This document shows positions 52,605 to 62,871 of a stretch of DNA of 64,000 nucleotides, one piece after another. The notes beneath the pieces were generated by a model. That model worked only from the letters and a program-made list of their open reading frames with translations, had not been told where the DNA came from and made no database searches. Numbering within the stretch: position 1 is the first letter of the stretch; every line of letters starts with the position of its first letter. The stretch comes from a virus. The DNA is taken from positions 1 to 64,000 of the IMG/VR virus record IMGVR_UViG_3300005264_000255; one strand, written 5' to 3'. Made by a program: the position numbers and the translations under genes.

Positions 52605-54688
52605 TTAATATAGTTCACTATAATTAATTTGTTTATGATCACTCATCGCAGATAAAACACTAAACATACCACCAGATGAAGCCATATCACCAGTCTTGGC
52701 ACCTAGAAATTCAGAAGTATACATTAAATCATGATCCTGTAAAAATCTACTAAATTTAATTTTAGCTTTATCAAATACATGCGTAGTCGAAAACAAGTCT
52801 CTGCCACATAATGTCTGTATGTACCTACTTAACCCACCTTCATCGTCATATAACACACTACCAGATGATAATAAATCAGTTGGTGTTGGTGCTGATATAA
52901 CACTAGCAAAATCAGTTACAGTAAATGTAACGTCAAACGCTAATGGTCTTCTTGCTTTATTATATGGTAAGTTAGAACTACCTGCAGTAATGGTAACCGA
53001 GGTAACCATACCCTTATCTATTCGTTCTAATCCACGCACAAAGGCATTGCATAAAAAAGGACTAGTATAAGACTTGGGTCCTGTAGATTTAGGTAATACC
53101 GTAGCTAGTACAGCAGATAACGGTATATAAAGATTTTGTAGTTGTGCTACTGGATGAGCCGATGGACTTCTTAATGGCATTTTAAATGTATGATTAGGTA
53201 ACGACGCAGTACTACCATCCCATCTTTTATTAACCTCTAATGTAGAGCCTGCTATAAAACCAGCTACTACATTTGTAAAACCTAATGTTAAGCCATCAGT
53301 AGCACCAACTACAACATCCGTAACGGATCTCATTATATCCGAAAGTATAGGTATTTCACCACCACCTAGGTTAAACTTCATATCTCTAAAGGTTTTACCC
53401 ATATTGTTAACTTTCTCATCTAAACCAACAGTAGTTGTAGTATTAGAAAAACTAGTCGTTGTACTACCTACATGATCTACTCTAAAGACAGCATATCTAG
53501 CACCTTCATTAAATACAGATTGCATGGTTTCTGTATAGTTATCTAACCAACTCTTACTATCTTCTTCTCTTAACTCACGATTATATGTACCATCATCATC
53601 TGTGGCGAATGCTTTACTAATACTTTCAGCAGTAGCAGCCGCAGCATCCGTCAGCAAGTCTTTTAAATCTTTAGGCTTAGTACCGCTGTCATAGGTTTTA
53701 TCTTTCTTTAAATTTTTAGACAATCTAGTCCATAAGTTATTATCATCACTATCGGCAGTTACATCATCTACCTGTAAGTCTTTTACAGTATATAGATATT
53801 TCTCACCATCAGCTTCAGTTAATGTTTTATTCTCTATAGCCGATAATAAGGATAATCTATTAGCTCTGTGTTGGTTAATTCTCTTTTGTCCTCTAGTTAT
53901 CATAGCATGAATATTAATACCATTCTGAGAAGTGATAATGCCAGGCATTATCTTTTTAATAGCAGCCAAATCTGTACTAGTAATACTAAGTGGAGCACCC
54001 ACCCTTTTACTATCTTTTTTATCATCTATAAACATTGAGAGGATAACATATTATTGGCAAATCCTATAGTCATTTTTAAAGCTAAAACAGCTACAGTTAC
54101 AACAGGAAAAGCTATCATCAATGCTGCTATGCCTGTAAACTTACCTACATTATATGCTAATGGACTTCTACCTGAGTTAGCAATAACCGCTGTCTTATAA
54201 TCAACACTAGAGAATAGATAATATAGAACATTATTAAATTTAGCAAAACCTAGTTCCATATACACATTGGTGGAGTTATCATCTATCGCTGTACCATAGT
54301 AGTTACCCATTCCTACATTAACATTCATCTCGTTAACTTTAACCCTGCGATTACTACTTAATAACCCTGGATTTCTAACATCACAATATCTTGTAAACTG
54401 TGGACTAACATTAATACTAATGTTTCCACCCATACTAGTATCGACTACTTTACTACTTACGTTAGTAGTAAATCTCTTTCTCTGATATACGTTAGATAAA
54501 TCCTTAGCTCTTATCATAAACCCATTAGAGACCCAATCATTATCTATAAACTTTACTTCATCATCTATCTTCTTTTCACTCGGTAATGTTATATCATAAC
54601 CATCATCAGGTATCTTAGTATTACCAATAGGAGCACCTACTCCTTTACCTAATAATGATTCTAATTTCTCTGTAGTTATATTTCCCAT
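52605..54688 (-). CDS. Conserved jumbo-phage virion (tail/baseplate) protein, split near 54035
   Basis: N-part DTSMGGN...PQFTRYCD...IDDN; C-part FRVD, YIPL..LP...G..SYTSPFLC; the two ORFs overlap out of frame. Confidence 0.6.
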
Positions 54689-54705
54689 ATTTCATCCAAA
54701 AAAAA

Positions 54706-55104
54706 TTAAAGTATATTAATATTTTTATAATTCTTAAGTCTTAAAAGATTAAGTATTATACTAACATCTGATGTAGTAATATCCGATATCTCTAATTTAA
54801 GAGTTACTGCAGACACTATCATGATAGTGTCAGGTAATATCCAGTCATCTGCTAATATTACCTCATTTCCATTTTTATCTTCAAATAGATAATACATAGC
54901 GTCCTCAGCACTTACTAGAGTTAAACCTGTCTCAGCTACAAGTTGTTGTCTAACTGTAGTAACATCTGTAAATACACCAGATGTTTTTATCATCTGATGT
55001 AACCCGCCTATCCCTATTACTTTCATATCCTTATACATGTTATCTATTACAGTATTCGATATTGTAGTAAAATTATATATAGTATTAAAACCTAACATTA
55101 ACAT
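54706..55104 (-). CDS. Conserved small phiKZ-like protein
   Basis: YYLFED.NG..VILADDWI..DTI motif. Confidence 0.5.
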   Translation of the reverse strand: MLMLGFNTIYNFTTISNTVIDNMYKDMKVIGIGGLHQMIKTSGVFTDVTTVRQQLVAETGLTLVSAEDAMYYLFEDKNGNEVILADDWILPDTIMIVSAVTLKLEISDITTSDVSIILNLLRLKNYKNINIL

Positions 55105-55775
55105 CCTTTAATTTCATATTTAGTCAAACCATTCTTTTTATTATACATTAGTAGTATAGTTTTAAAGATTATGTCATCACCATTTTTGATTTGACCTATA
55201 ATAAGTAAGTCCATTATTTCAGTAAAATTAACAATACCTAAACCCGCTTGAGATCTTAATACATCAGTAATATCACTACGGTTAGCCATTTCAGCTATAT
55301 CTGCTTGAAATTCGTAAATCTCATCTAAGAATATGTCATCCTCAAATCTATCGTTAACGAAAACATTACATAAATCATTAACAAAGTGAGTTATTGAGAT
55401 ACTACTCATATCGTGATTACTATATATGACCGACTCATTATGACCTTCATCGTCCTCCTCGTCGTCCATATACCCAAGTATAGTAAAGATCTCGTATAAT
55501 AAGAAATGAGAGATAGCGTACTCATATACCAATGATTCTACTTGTCTATAATAGGTATTATATTTATCCTTATCTGAATTTCTTATAACCTCAGCAGTAC
55601 TCATTATAGAACTTATAAACTCGTCAACAATTAATACAATATTACATAAACGAATTTGAATTAATACACTTCTATCATATTTCTCACATATAAGTCTTTT
55701 ATATAGCATTTCTGAAACAATCGTAATGGGTCGTTTCAGTTCATGAATATTAATCTGATACATCGATACTCTCAC
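55098..55775 (-). CDS. Hypothetical protein
   Basis: ORF in a tightly overlapping operon. Confidence 0.5.
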   Translation of the reverse strand: MRVSMYQINIHELKRPITIVSEMLYKRLICEKYDRSVLIQIRLCNIVLIVDEFISSIMSTAEVIRNSDKDKYNTYYRQVESLVYEYAISHFLLYEIFTILGYMDDEEDDEGHNESVIYSNHDMSSISITHFVNDLCNVFVNDRFEDDIFLDEIYEFQADIAEMANRSDITDVLRSQAGLGIVNFTEIMDLLIIGQIKNGDDIIFKTILLMYNKKNGLTKYEIKGC

Positions 55776-56187
55776 TTATTAATCGATTAACAAACATAAC
55801 TGTCTCAAGTGTACGATGTTGATTACCGATTACATTTTCCCGCTCAGTAACTAACTTCTCTGATAGGTTAGCCTTCTTATAGAAATCTTTTATTTTAGTA
55901 TTTAAAAATCTTAAATAAACTATTGGACATACATGTAGATTTTTACTAAGATCGACATGTCTAAGACGCATCTTCTTACTAGCATTATCAATAATAGAAC
56001 TACTCATATATACATCAGCTAGATACTCCTCAGTACTTATTACTTGTCTCTGTTTTGCTATACTTTCTTTTATATGCATGAAAATCTTTTTACATATACG
56101 CTTACCTTTATCATGTCGTTTATGCATCCCATGGATTAATATAAACGATGCTGGTATTACTAAAAAATCTTGCTTTGTTAAGGCCAT
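55750..56187 (-). CDS. Hypothetical protein
   Basis: 145 aa, SD AAGGA. Confidence 0.5.
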   Translation of the reverse strand: MALTKQDFLVIPASFILIHGMHKRHDKGKRICKKIFMHIKESIAKQRQVISTEEYLADVYMSSSIIDNASKKMRLRHVDLSKNLHVCPIVYLRFLNTKIKDFYKKANLSEKLVTERENVIGNQHRTLETVMFVNRLISESIDVSD

Positions 56188-56207
56188 TCTTTCTTTCCTT
56201 TAAATGA

Positions 56208-56531
56208 TTATTCGTAACTATATTCTATATCTATAAATAGATATTTACCTTTATGATATATCCTATCTATTTTAACACCAGTCTGTACCTTGTTGGAAAC
56301 TGGACTGTTTATCGCTATAGTTCTTTCTAAATTAGTTATTACTGTAACTAACTGATTATAATTTATATTAGTGACATCGATATTTTCTAGATTACTTATA
56401 AAGTCATTTATATAATCACGTGTCCCTGGTTTTCTATATCTACCTAAAAGTATTAATTCAGATTGATAGAACGGTACTACCTTACCTATAAAACTTTTAA
56501 ATAATGTAATATCTACGGTGACAATCTCCAT
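56208..56531 (-). CDS. Hypothetical protein
   Basis: 107 aa, SD AGGAG. Confidence 0.5.
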   Translation of the reverse strand: MEIVTVDITLFKSFIGKVVPFYQSELILLGRYRKPGTRDYINDFISNLENIDVTNINYNQLVTVITNLERTIAINSPVSNKVQTGVKIDRIYHKGKYLFIDIEYSYE

Positions 56532-56533
56532 AA

Positions 56534-57127
56534 CTACTCCTGCATCTTTAATATGCCTATACTATAATTATTATATAATTTACTTAGAATAAAACAATTC
56601 CTATTTAATCCTCTATCTTCTAGTGTAAATATATCATGTATAACACCATTATACTCGATTTGTAAATCTTTAAAGTATAGACTTATACTCTCTGTTACAT
56701 ATTTTATACAATGATTTATCATTTCGTCATTACTTATAAAATATTTATACATATATGTTTTATCTAATGTAATCATAAAACTCTCATTAACTAAGTTAAC
56801 GATATTCTTAGCGATACCAACGGAATTATTATCTAAACCACATAACATAATTCCTTTACATATATCCTTATATAATAACTTACCATAATCTAACAAAATT
56901 TTATCTGTTTCCTTAGCAGTAAAAACATCTTCTAATCCTGAAAATAACTTATGTATGTTAATATATACAATATCAGGATTTATTTTAATAATATAGAAAC
57001 TATCTATATCTTCCTTACGTATATGTAGTTCCTGATAATCCTTAAAGAGTATCTCACTTAACATTTTATTTATTGGGGTGTCATGCATAACCAAAATTAT
57101 CCTCTTCATATAGTGGTCTATTCTCAA
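56534..57127 (-). CDS. Hypothetical protein
   Basis: ORF; true start probably ATG 57088 (overlapping the upstream stop). Confidence 0.45.
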   Translation of the reverse strand: MRIDHYMKRIILVMHDTPINKMLSEILFKDYQELHIRKEDIDSFYIIKINPDIVYINIHKLFSGLEDVFTAKETDKILLDYGKLLYKDICKGIMLCGLDNNSVGIAKNIVNLVNESFMITLDKTYMYKYFISNDEMINHCIKYVTESISLYFKDLQIEYNGVIHDIFTLEDRGLNRNCFILSKLYNNYSIGILKMQE

Positions 57128-57938
57128 TTTTTACTTTACCCTCATAACTTACCAACGCATTGTTAATCATTTTAGCAAATTCCTCAGAATTTTCAAAAGT
57201 ATTATCGGATAAATGTTGTTCGGATACTTCATTAACAACTGTGCCTGTTGATTGATCCATTAAATATAATTCTTCATTTAATAAGTATCTACGTGATGAC
57301 GGGCTATTATATAGATAAATACCTAAAGAACAACCATTTGATTTTATTCTAATAGTACTATCATCTTCCATGTCCAATGTACGCTTTACCTCATTAATCA
57401 CTAAATCAAAAATCTCTACCATTAGGTATACTGCATTATCGTTTAAGTATGTTAATGATCTAATATAATCCGTAACATTATGATAAACTATAGCACTTTT
57501 ATTTACTAATATAAACCTATCCGATATGTTAAAGATATCTTTTTTAACAATGTTAGATTCGCTATGTATATTTAACATATAATAAGACTCCATATAATGG
57601 AATATGAATTTAAGGATACCTGTAATTGAGGGTACATCATTAATACACTTACTAATGTATCGATAGTTCCCACTAGTTAACGATAGGGTATCGTGGATAG
57701 TAATTCTTCTGTTCTTTACAAAATCTACCAGCATAGCCTTATTCGATATATTCATATGGTTATCATTATACAGAAGAAACGGAGTTATCTCATTGTTAAA
57801 AAATAACCCTATAGGATTAATACTTAACTCAGTTAAAATCAACTTTACTTTATACATGATCTCTGATAGACTGCGTAGTTCGATGAAGCTCTTAACCTTA
57901 CATCCATCCAAGTCATCTTTAACCTGCTTTTTTATCAT
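57081..57938 (-). CDS. Hypothetical protein
   Basis: 285-aa ORF. Confidence 0.5.
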   Translation of the reverse strand: MIKKQVKDDLDGCKVKSFIELRSLSEIMYKVKLILTELSINPIGLFFNNEITPFLLYNDNHMNISNKAMLVDFVKNRRITIHDTLSLTSGNYRYISKCINDVPSITGILKFIFHYMESYYMLNIHSESNIVKKDIFNISDRFILVNKSAIVYHNVTDYIRSLTYLNDNAVYLMVEIFDLVINEVKRTLDMEDDSTIRIKSNGCSLGIYLYNSPSSRRYLLNEELYLMDQSTGTVVNEVSEQHLSDNTFENSEEFAKMINNALVSYEGKVKIENRPLYEEDNFGYA

Positions 57939-58228
57939 TACGGTACCTCTTCTAATAAAATATCGATAGCTCTACCAGGAGTTAGATTAACAGTAATATC
58001 CCTTAGAATCATGTATGAAACAGGATGACCAACATTATCATCTAACATCATATGGATTAGAGTATAAAGACCATTCATAACTTGTATAAAAATACTATCG
58101 TTAAATGAGTTACTAATTACACATAAAGACTTAATACTTAAGGCTAACTCATCTTTAGTCTCTAAAAGGATTAAATCCTTATTATTAATACATATATGAT
58201 GTATAACTTTATGTGTTATTAAATTCAT
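57938..58228 (-). CDS. Hypothetical protein
   Basis: 96 aa, SD AAGGA. Confidence 0.5.
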   Translation of the reverse strand: MNLITHKVIHHICINNKDLILLETKDELALSIKSLCVISNSFNDSIFIQVMNGLYTLIHMMLDDNVGHPVSYMILRDITVNLTPGRAIDILLEEVP

Positions 58229-58275
58229 CTATTTCCTTATATACTATCATTTTAATACGTTATCATACAAAACTA

Positions 58276-58305
58276 TATCTTACAGGACTTAAGTCCTGTA
58301 AGATA
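58276..58305. terminator. 30-bp perfect palindrome downstream of phuZ
   Basis: tatcttacaggactt|aagtcctgtaagata. Confidence 0.7.
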
Positions 58306-58325
58306 GCTTAAAATGATTCTAAACG

Positions 58326-59372
58326 TTATTGTAAAATACCTAAACCAGTAATATCATCATTCAAATCTATATCATCAAATGGATCATACTCTACCTGTAG
58401 TAATTCATCCATCTTAATTAACTCTGCATTAAGAATTTTAGTTTCTTTTTGTAAGATGTTTTTTCTAAATAATAGATATAATGGATACTGTTTATATGTA
58501 CTTGCTAGCTTTGCTGGAATCACGCTAGTTTTGTTATGAAATAATGGTACCTGAATATCAACAGCTTCCTTATCAGAAATGATAGTTCTACTCATCAGCG
58601 TATCTACATCACCAAGTGTACCAACATTTATACCAATACTATATATACCTGGAGGTACTGTAAATGTAGTATAGTTAGTAGCATTAAAGAAATTAATCAT
58701 ATCCTGATCATCAACACCAGTTAACGTGCCAGATGTAAAAACTGATATAGTTGATAACAGAGTAATTATCTTCTTATTTACATTTTCTTCAGAGGTAACA
58801 GTAGTGTTGTTCTTTACAGTATTATTATAGTATATAACACATAAAGCTTTCTTGTTAGATAAAGCAGCCTTTTGTAAAGTACGTATCGTATGTATGGTAT
58901 TCTTAAGATTTAAATAATTACTACTATCACCGATTGTAGCTACAATAACATTGTAACCTTTACTTAACATAAAACCTGTTAATAAAGATGCTATATTACC
59001 ACCAGAACCACCACTAGCTGAACACATGATTACATAGTAATTATTTTTATTATTTTCAAACTTCTTTTTATCTAAATATCCTTTAAGAAAAGTGAAGATA
59101 TCAGTAGCTAAATCCATATCCTTCTTCTCACCACCAGCACCATCGATTTGACTAGTAGCGATTCTATCTGTTGTGATTTTGGTAAATTTTGGTATAAAGT
59201 CTGTATAGTTATGGATAGTTTTATGTGTTGTATCTAATAACTCAATATCTACTTCACTATATCCTTCACCTAATTCTTTTAAAGTATTATGTGTCGTTAT
59301 ACCTAAATTAATACCTGCACCACCACAACCGATTATAGTTAACTTACCTGTTTTATTATTCATTATTTTCAT
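58326..59372 (-). CDS. phuZ: PhuZ phage tubulin
   Basis: IGCGGAGIN, SGGSGG tubulin signature, VDDQDM T7 loop, acidic C-terminal tail. Confidence 0.88.
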   Translation of the reverse strand: MKIMNNKTGKLTIIGCGGAGINLGITTHNTLKELGEGYSEVDIELLDTTHKTIHNYTDFIPKFTKITTDRIATSQIDGAGGEKKDMDLATDIFTFLKGYLDKKKFENNKNNYYVIMCSASGGSGGNIASLLTGFMLSKGYNVIVATIGDSSNYLNLKNTIHTIRTLQKAALSNKKALCVIYYNNTVKNNTTVTSEENVNKKIITLLSTISVFTSGTLTGVDDQDMINFFNATNYTTFTVPPGIYSIGINVGTLGDVDTLMSRTIISDKEAVDIQVPLFHNKTSVIPAKLASTYKQYPLYLLFRKNILQKETKILNAELIKMDELLQVEYDPFDDIDLNDDITGLGILQ

Positions 59373-59492
59373 TCCTTATTTTTTGTAGAGATGTTGACTC
59401 TACTATATGATTATCAGAAGTAATATCTGGACCTGTTGACACATTACTACTTACCCCTATATGACTGGTAAAAGTAGTACCATCAGCTAATT

Positions 59493-59564
59493 ATCCTTTG
59501 CTATTTTCATAGTCTTTTTAATATTTAACTATAATGTTTAACCATAGTCTATCTAAATAATATA
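59493..59564 (-). promoter_or_regulatory. Early promoter (TATATTAT) plus hairpin leader (copy 3)
   Basis: Closely similar to 11281-11352 and 31317-31362; upstream of phuZ. Confidence 0.72.
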
Positions 59565-59596
59565 TGCTTGTTATGTATTCGAGTTAATTATAACTA

Positions 59597-61708
59597 TCAC
59601 ATATCCTCTTTTTTATCTAATTTATCATATGGTATATTAATTATATTAGATTCTTTTAATGCTAGTTTCCTAGAATTATATATCGGATCAATAAGTATTA
59701 CATCATTATGCATATTAACTCCCCAGTTACCAGTATGTGTATCTATACTAGGACTTGTATCATAATGATTGTAATTTGTTTTTAAGTAATCAAGAAGTAA
59801 TGTTAATTCTTGATTTACCGACTTAGTGAGTTTCTTTTTACCTAGTTGTAATGTCTTCTCTATCACATCAACACTACCAAGTTCACCATAATCTATGTAA
59901 ACCTTTTGAAGTATTTCAGTATGTACATTAAGTTGTTTGTATTCCTTTTCACTAGGTCGTTTTAAATATTCTATTTCTAATATGTATAATACCTTTTCGT
60001 TATTTATTGGAACAACATCCACTCTATATACCTTAATTCTCGGATTAAATATCTGCCATAGTACCTTATCAGCTTCTAGTGTCAGACTTACAACACTGGT
60101 ATTAGTCATATCTTTTCTATCTTTTAAAACAGGAACTAAAGCAAAACCTGCTATACCTCTTCTCATTTGTAAAAGATGACTACTCATAATAGCTAAGATA
60201 CTATCCTCTTTATTATACATAATCTCCATATCATATGTTTTTAGTATATCGTTTATCGGTTTAATAATATTCTTATTTTTAAATGCGTTAGCAATAAATG
60301 TATTATAAAAACCGGTGTTATTATCAGGTATATTAATATCTGTGTAATACTTATCGACATCCTTGATATAGTTTCTATGTTCTAGTCCCACAGTAAACTT
60401 AGCACTACTTAAGTATATATCATTATTTATAAGACTATCCAATGTAGCACCCAGATTATCACTTATGTTTAAATTACTACCTAGTGTACTATGTAGAAAA
60501 GAACCAAAGAAACTATTCATAAAACTCTTATCTAGAATTTTTATCTCATTATCTATATCTTCTATATCTTTCAGTAATACTTTAATCTCATCTTTATCTA
60601 AATTAGAAGTTCTTAACATAAAAATGATGGATGTTCTTATCTTAACAAAACGTTCTGATAATGTACCATGTTCATCGTTACTATAGTTACGATGTTGTTG
60701 TAATTGTATAAACCTATTAGTATTACCTATTATGGTTCCTATGAAAGAGAATAACACTAAATTAAAAATATACAATGGAGATGCTGTTATAAATAAGATT
60801 AAGGTTATTATTATAGTATTAATTAACCATATAAACATTCCCAGAATAAGAAAGTTTTCATAACTGAGTTCTTTAGTCTTACTGAGTTTGTTTAATGTTT
60901 TAGTTAACTGAGCACCATATCCAAACTTACTTACAAAACTATCGGCTTCATATTCAACATCGGTATCATCAGTTTCTCTACCACTAGTTAATAGTATACC
61001 ATCAAACTTACTTGTTAGTTTACTGTATACCTTAGTAATACCATCTTTACTATTAAGTTGTTTATCTCCTGTTATTACCAACTCATTAACAACTACATCA
61101 GCGTCATTTAGTAGTAAGCCATTTAACAATGAGGATATACTTTTATTAGTATCAGCATACATTTCTAATAGTGTAAATATATGACCTATTTCATGGAGTA
61201 TAATGGCTATGAAATCATCCTTGGTAACATCCATAGACATACTTCTTAAAGAAACTAATAAGGTAAAACTGTAATCATCACTTAATCCGTTAATCTTACA
61301 TTCTTTTAAATCTATGTCTATTCTATTCTTCTCTATATACTTTTCAAATTTAACTAACTGTTTACTAGCTTTGTTAACATCTTTAGATAAATCGTTCATA
61401 CTAAAATTACTTTTTATCTGCTTAGTATTAAAAATAGGGAATACTGCGAATGTATTGGAATTCCTTAGATTAATGTTTAGATTAAAACGTTTCTTTAACA
61501 TCTTATTAAACATTTCATTTATGTTTTTTAAATCATTAGTAAGCTCTTTTTTATCAATACTTTTCTTTCGATAGTATAATGTACCTACCTTTCTAAGTTT
61601 ATCGTATACTATCGATATATCGTTGATAACCTCATCGTTTAATTGTGCCTGTATAATAGACTCTAAACCTACTTTAATCATATCTGTTCCTTTGTCTTTA
61701 GTAATCAA
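59597..61708 (-). CDS. Inner-head HEXXH membrane protein fused to a C-terminal protein-kinase-like domain
   Basis: VGLES N-terminal site; ILHEIGH...EYEAD zincin; hydrophobic hairpin; internal VGLE site; C-domain DTHTGN...LIDP. Likely start ATG 61681 or nearby behind AAGGA. Confidence 0.7.
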   Translation of the reverse strand: MITKDKGTDMIKVGLESIIQAQLNDEVINDISIVYDKLRKVGTLYYRKKSIDKKELTNDLKNINEMFNKMLKKRFNLNINLRNSNTFAVFPIFNTKQIKSNFSMNDLSKDVNKASKQLVKFEKYIEKNRIDIDLKECKINGLSDDYSFTLLVSLRSMSMDVTKDDFIAIILHEIGHIFTLLEMYADTNKSISSLLNGLLLNDADVVVNELVITGDKQLNSKDGITKVYSKLTSKFDGILLTSGRETDDTDVEYEADSFVSKFGYGAQLTKTLNKLSKTKELSYENFLILGMFIWLINTIIITLILFITASPLYIFNLVLFSFIGTIIGNTNRFIQLQQHRNYSNDEHGTLSERFVKIRTSIIFMLRTSNLDKDEIKVLLKDIEDIDNEIKILDKSFMNSFFGSFLHSTLGSNLNISDNLGATLDSLINNDIYLSSAKFTVGLEHRNYIKDVDKYYTDINIPDNNTGFYNTFIANAFKNKNIIKPINDILKTYDMEIMYNKEDSILAIMSSHLLQMRRGIAGFALVPVLKDRKDMTNTSVVSLTLEADKVLWQIFNPRIKVYRVDVVPINNEKVLYILEIEYLKRPSEKEYKQLNVHTEILQKVYIDYGELGSVDVIEKTLQLGKKKLTKSVNQELTLLLDYLKTNYNHYDTSPSIDTHTGNWGVNMHNDVILIDPIYNSRKLALKESNIINIPYDKLDKKEDM

Positions 61709-61842
61709 TCTATGAATATGTTGTTATTTTTTACTACCTTTTCCTAATAAAAAGGATTTCTATTAATTAATACGATATACCTTTATTACCTTGATTATTT
61801 TTAAAGTAATAAAAATATAAAATTTATACACAAGGAACGACT

Positions 61843-62667
61843 ATGAAAAAACCTTTAATTAAATGGATCAATGGTAAGCAACAGTTACTAGGTGAATTAA
61901 GAAAACTAATGCCAGAGAAGTATAATCATTACTACGAACCATTCTTCGGTAGTGGTGCGTTGTTCTTTGATGTTAAACCTAAAGATGCAACCATTGGTGA
62001 CCGTAACAAGGAGTTAATTAATTTCTATACTGTAGTTAGAGATGCTCCTAAAGAACTCTTAGCAAATGTATTAACACATAGTAATACTTCCGAATACTAT
62101 TATACTATACGTAACCTTGATAGGAATACTGTATTCTTTAACAAACTATCTGACATTGTAAAGGCTGGTAGATTTATATACTTAAACAAATCCTGTTTTA
62201 ATGGACTTTATCGACTTAACAAGTCTGGTCATTTTAGTGTACCTTTCGCTAAGTACGATAAACCGATATACTGTATTCCTGAGGATGTTTTAGAAAGTAG
62301 TAAATTACTACAGAATACTAAAATCTATTCTGGTAATTTTGATAAAATTAAAAAGGATATTAAGAAAGGAGATCTTATCTATCTTGACCCACCATATCAT
62401 CCTTTATCTAAAACAGTAAGACCTATAAATCCTGCGGATAATAAGTTTAATGAAAAGAACTATAACGATGTAAAGAAATTATGTGATTACATAGATAGTA
62501 TTGGTGGATACTTTATGGTATCTACTACGTATTGTAAGTTTATTACTGATTTATTTAAATCTGATAAATATCATTTACATAAGGTTACGAATGTTTGTGG
62601 TGCTAAAATATCCTTAGTAGGTAGACAAACAGTACAAGAGGTAATCATTACAAACTACACTAACTAG
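61843..62667 (+). CDS. dam: Dam-family (D12 class) DNA adenine methyltransferase
   Basis: EPFFGSGA, FNGLYR.N and YLDPPY motifs. Confidence 0.85.
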   Translation: MKKPLIKWINGKQQLLGELRKLMPEKYNHYYEPFFGSGALFFDVKPKDATIGDRNKELINFYTVVRDAPKELLANVLTHSNTSEYYYTIRNLDRNTVFFNKLSDIVKAGRFIYLNKSCFNGLYRLNKSGHFSVPFAKYDKPIYCIPEDVLESSKLLQNTKIYSGNFDKIKKDIKKGDLIYLDPPYHPLSKTVRPINPADNKFNEKNYNDVKKLCDYIDSIGGYFMVSTTYCKFITDLFKSDKYHLHKVTNVCGAKISLVGRQTVQEVIITNYTN

Positions 62668-62689
62668 GAGCAATGCTCCTAGTTAGTGT
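62657..62689. terminator. Bidirectional hairpin
   Basis: acactaactaggagc-aat-gctcctagttagtgt. Confidence 0.7.
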
Positions 62690-62871
62690 CTGTATAAATG
62701 TAATCTATCGTAACGCATATTCCGTTATTTTCCAATATAATATGGCTCGTTACTTTCAACAACCTACCATAATATCTCCTTCATTTAATTTTTAATCTGT
62801 AAGGTTTAAGATACATATCGCCCATATGTGCTTTATGTTTCTTTCCTTATAAGTATAGTTCATATTAATTA

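Noticed and set aside
59375-59492. Riboswitch or ncRNA in the phuZ leader
   Set aside because: Reads as an open coding remnant (ADGTTFTSHIGVSS...) directly after an orphan SD, so better explained as a deleted gene
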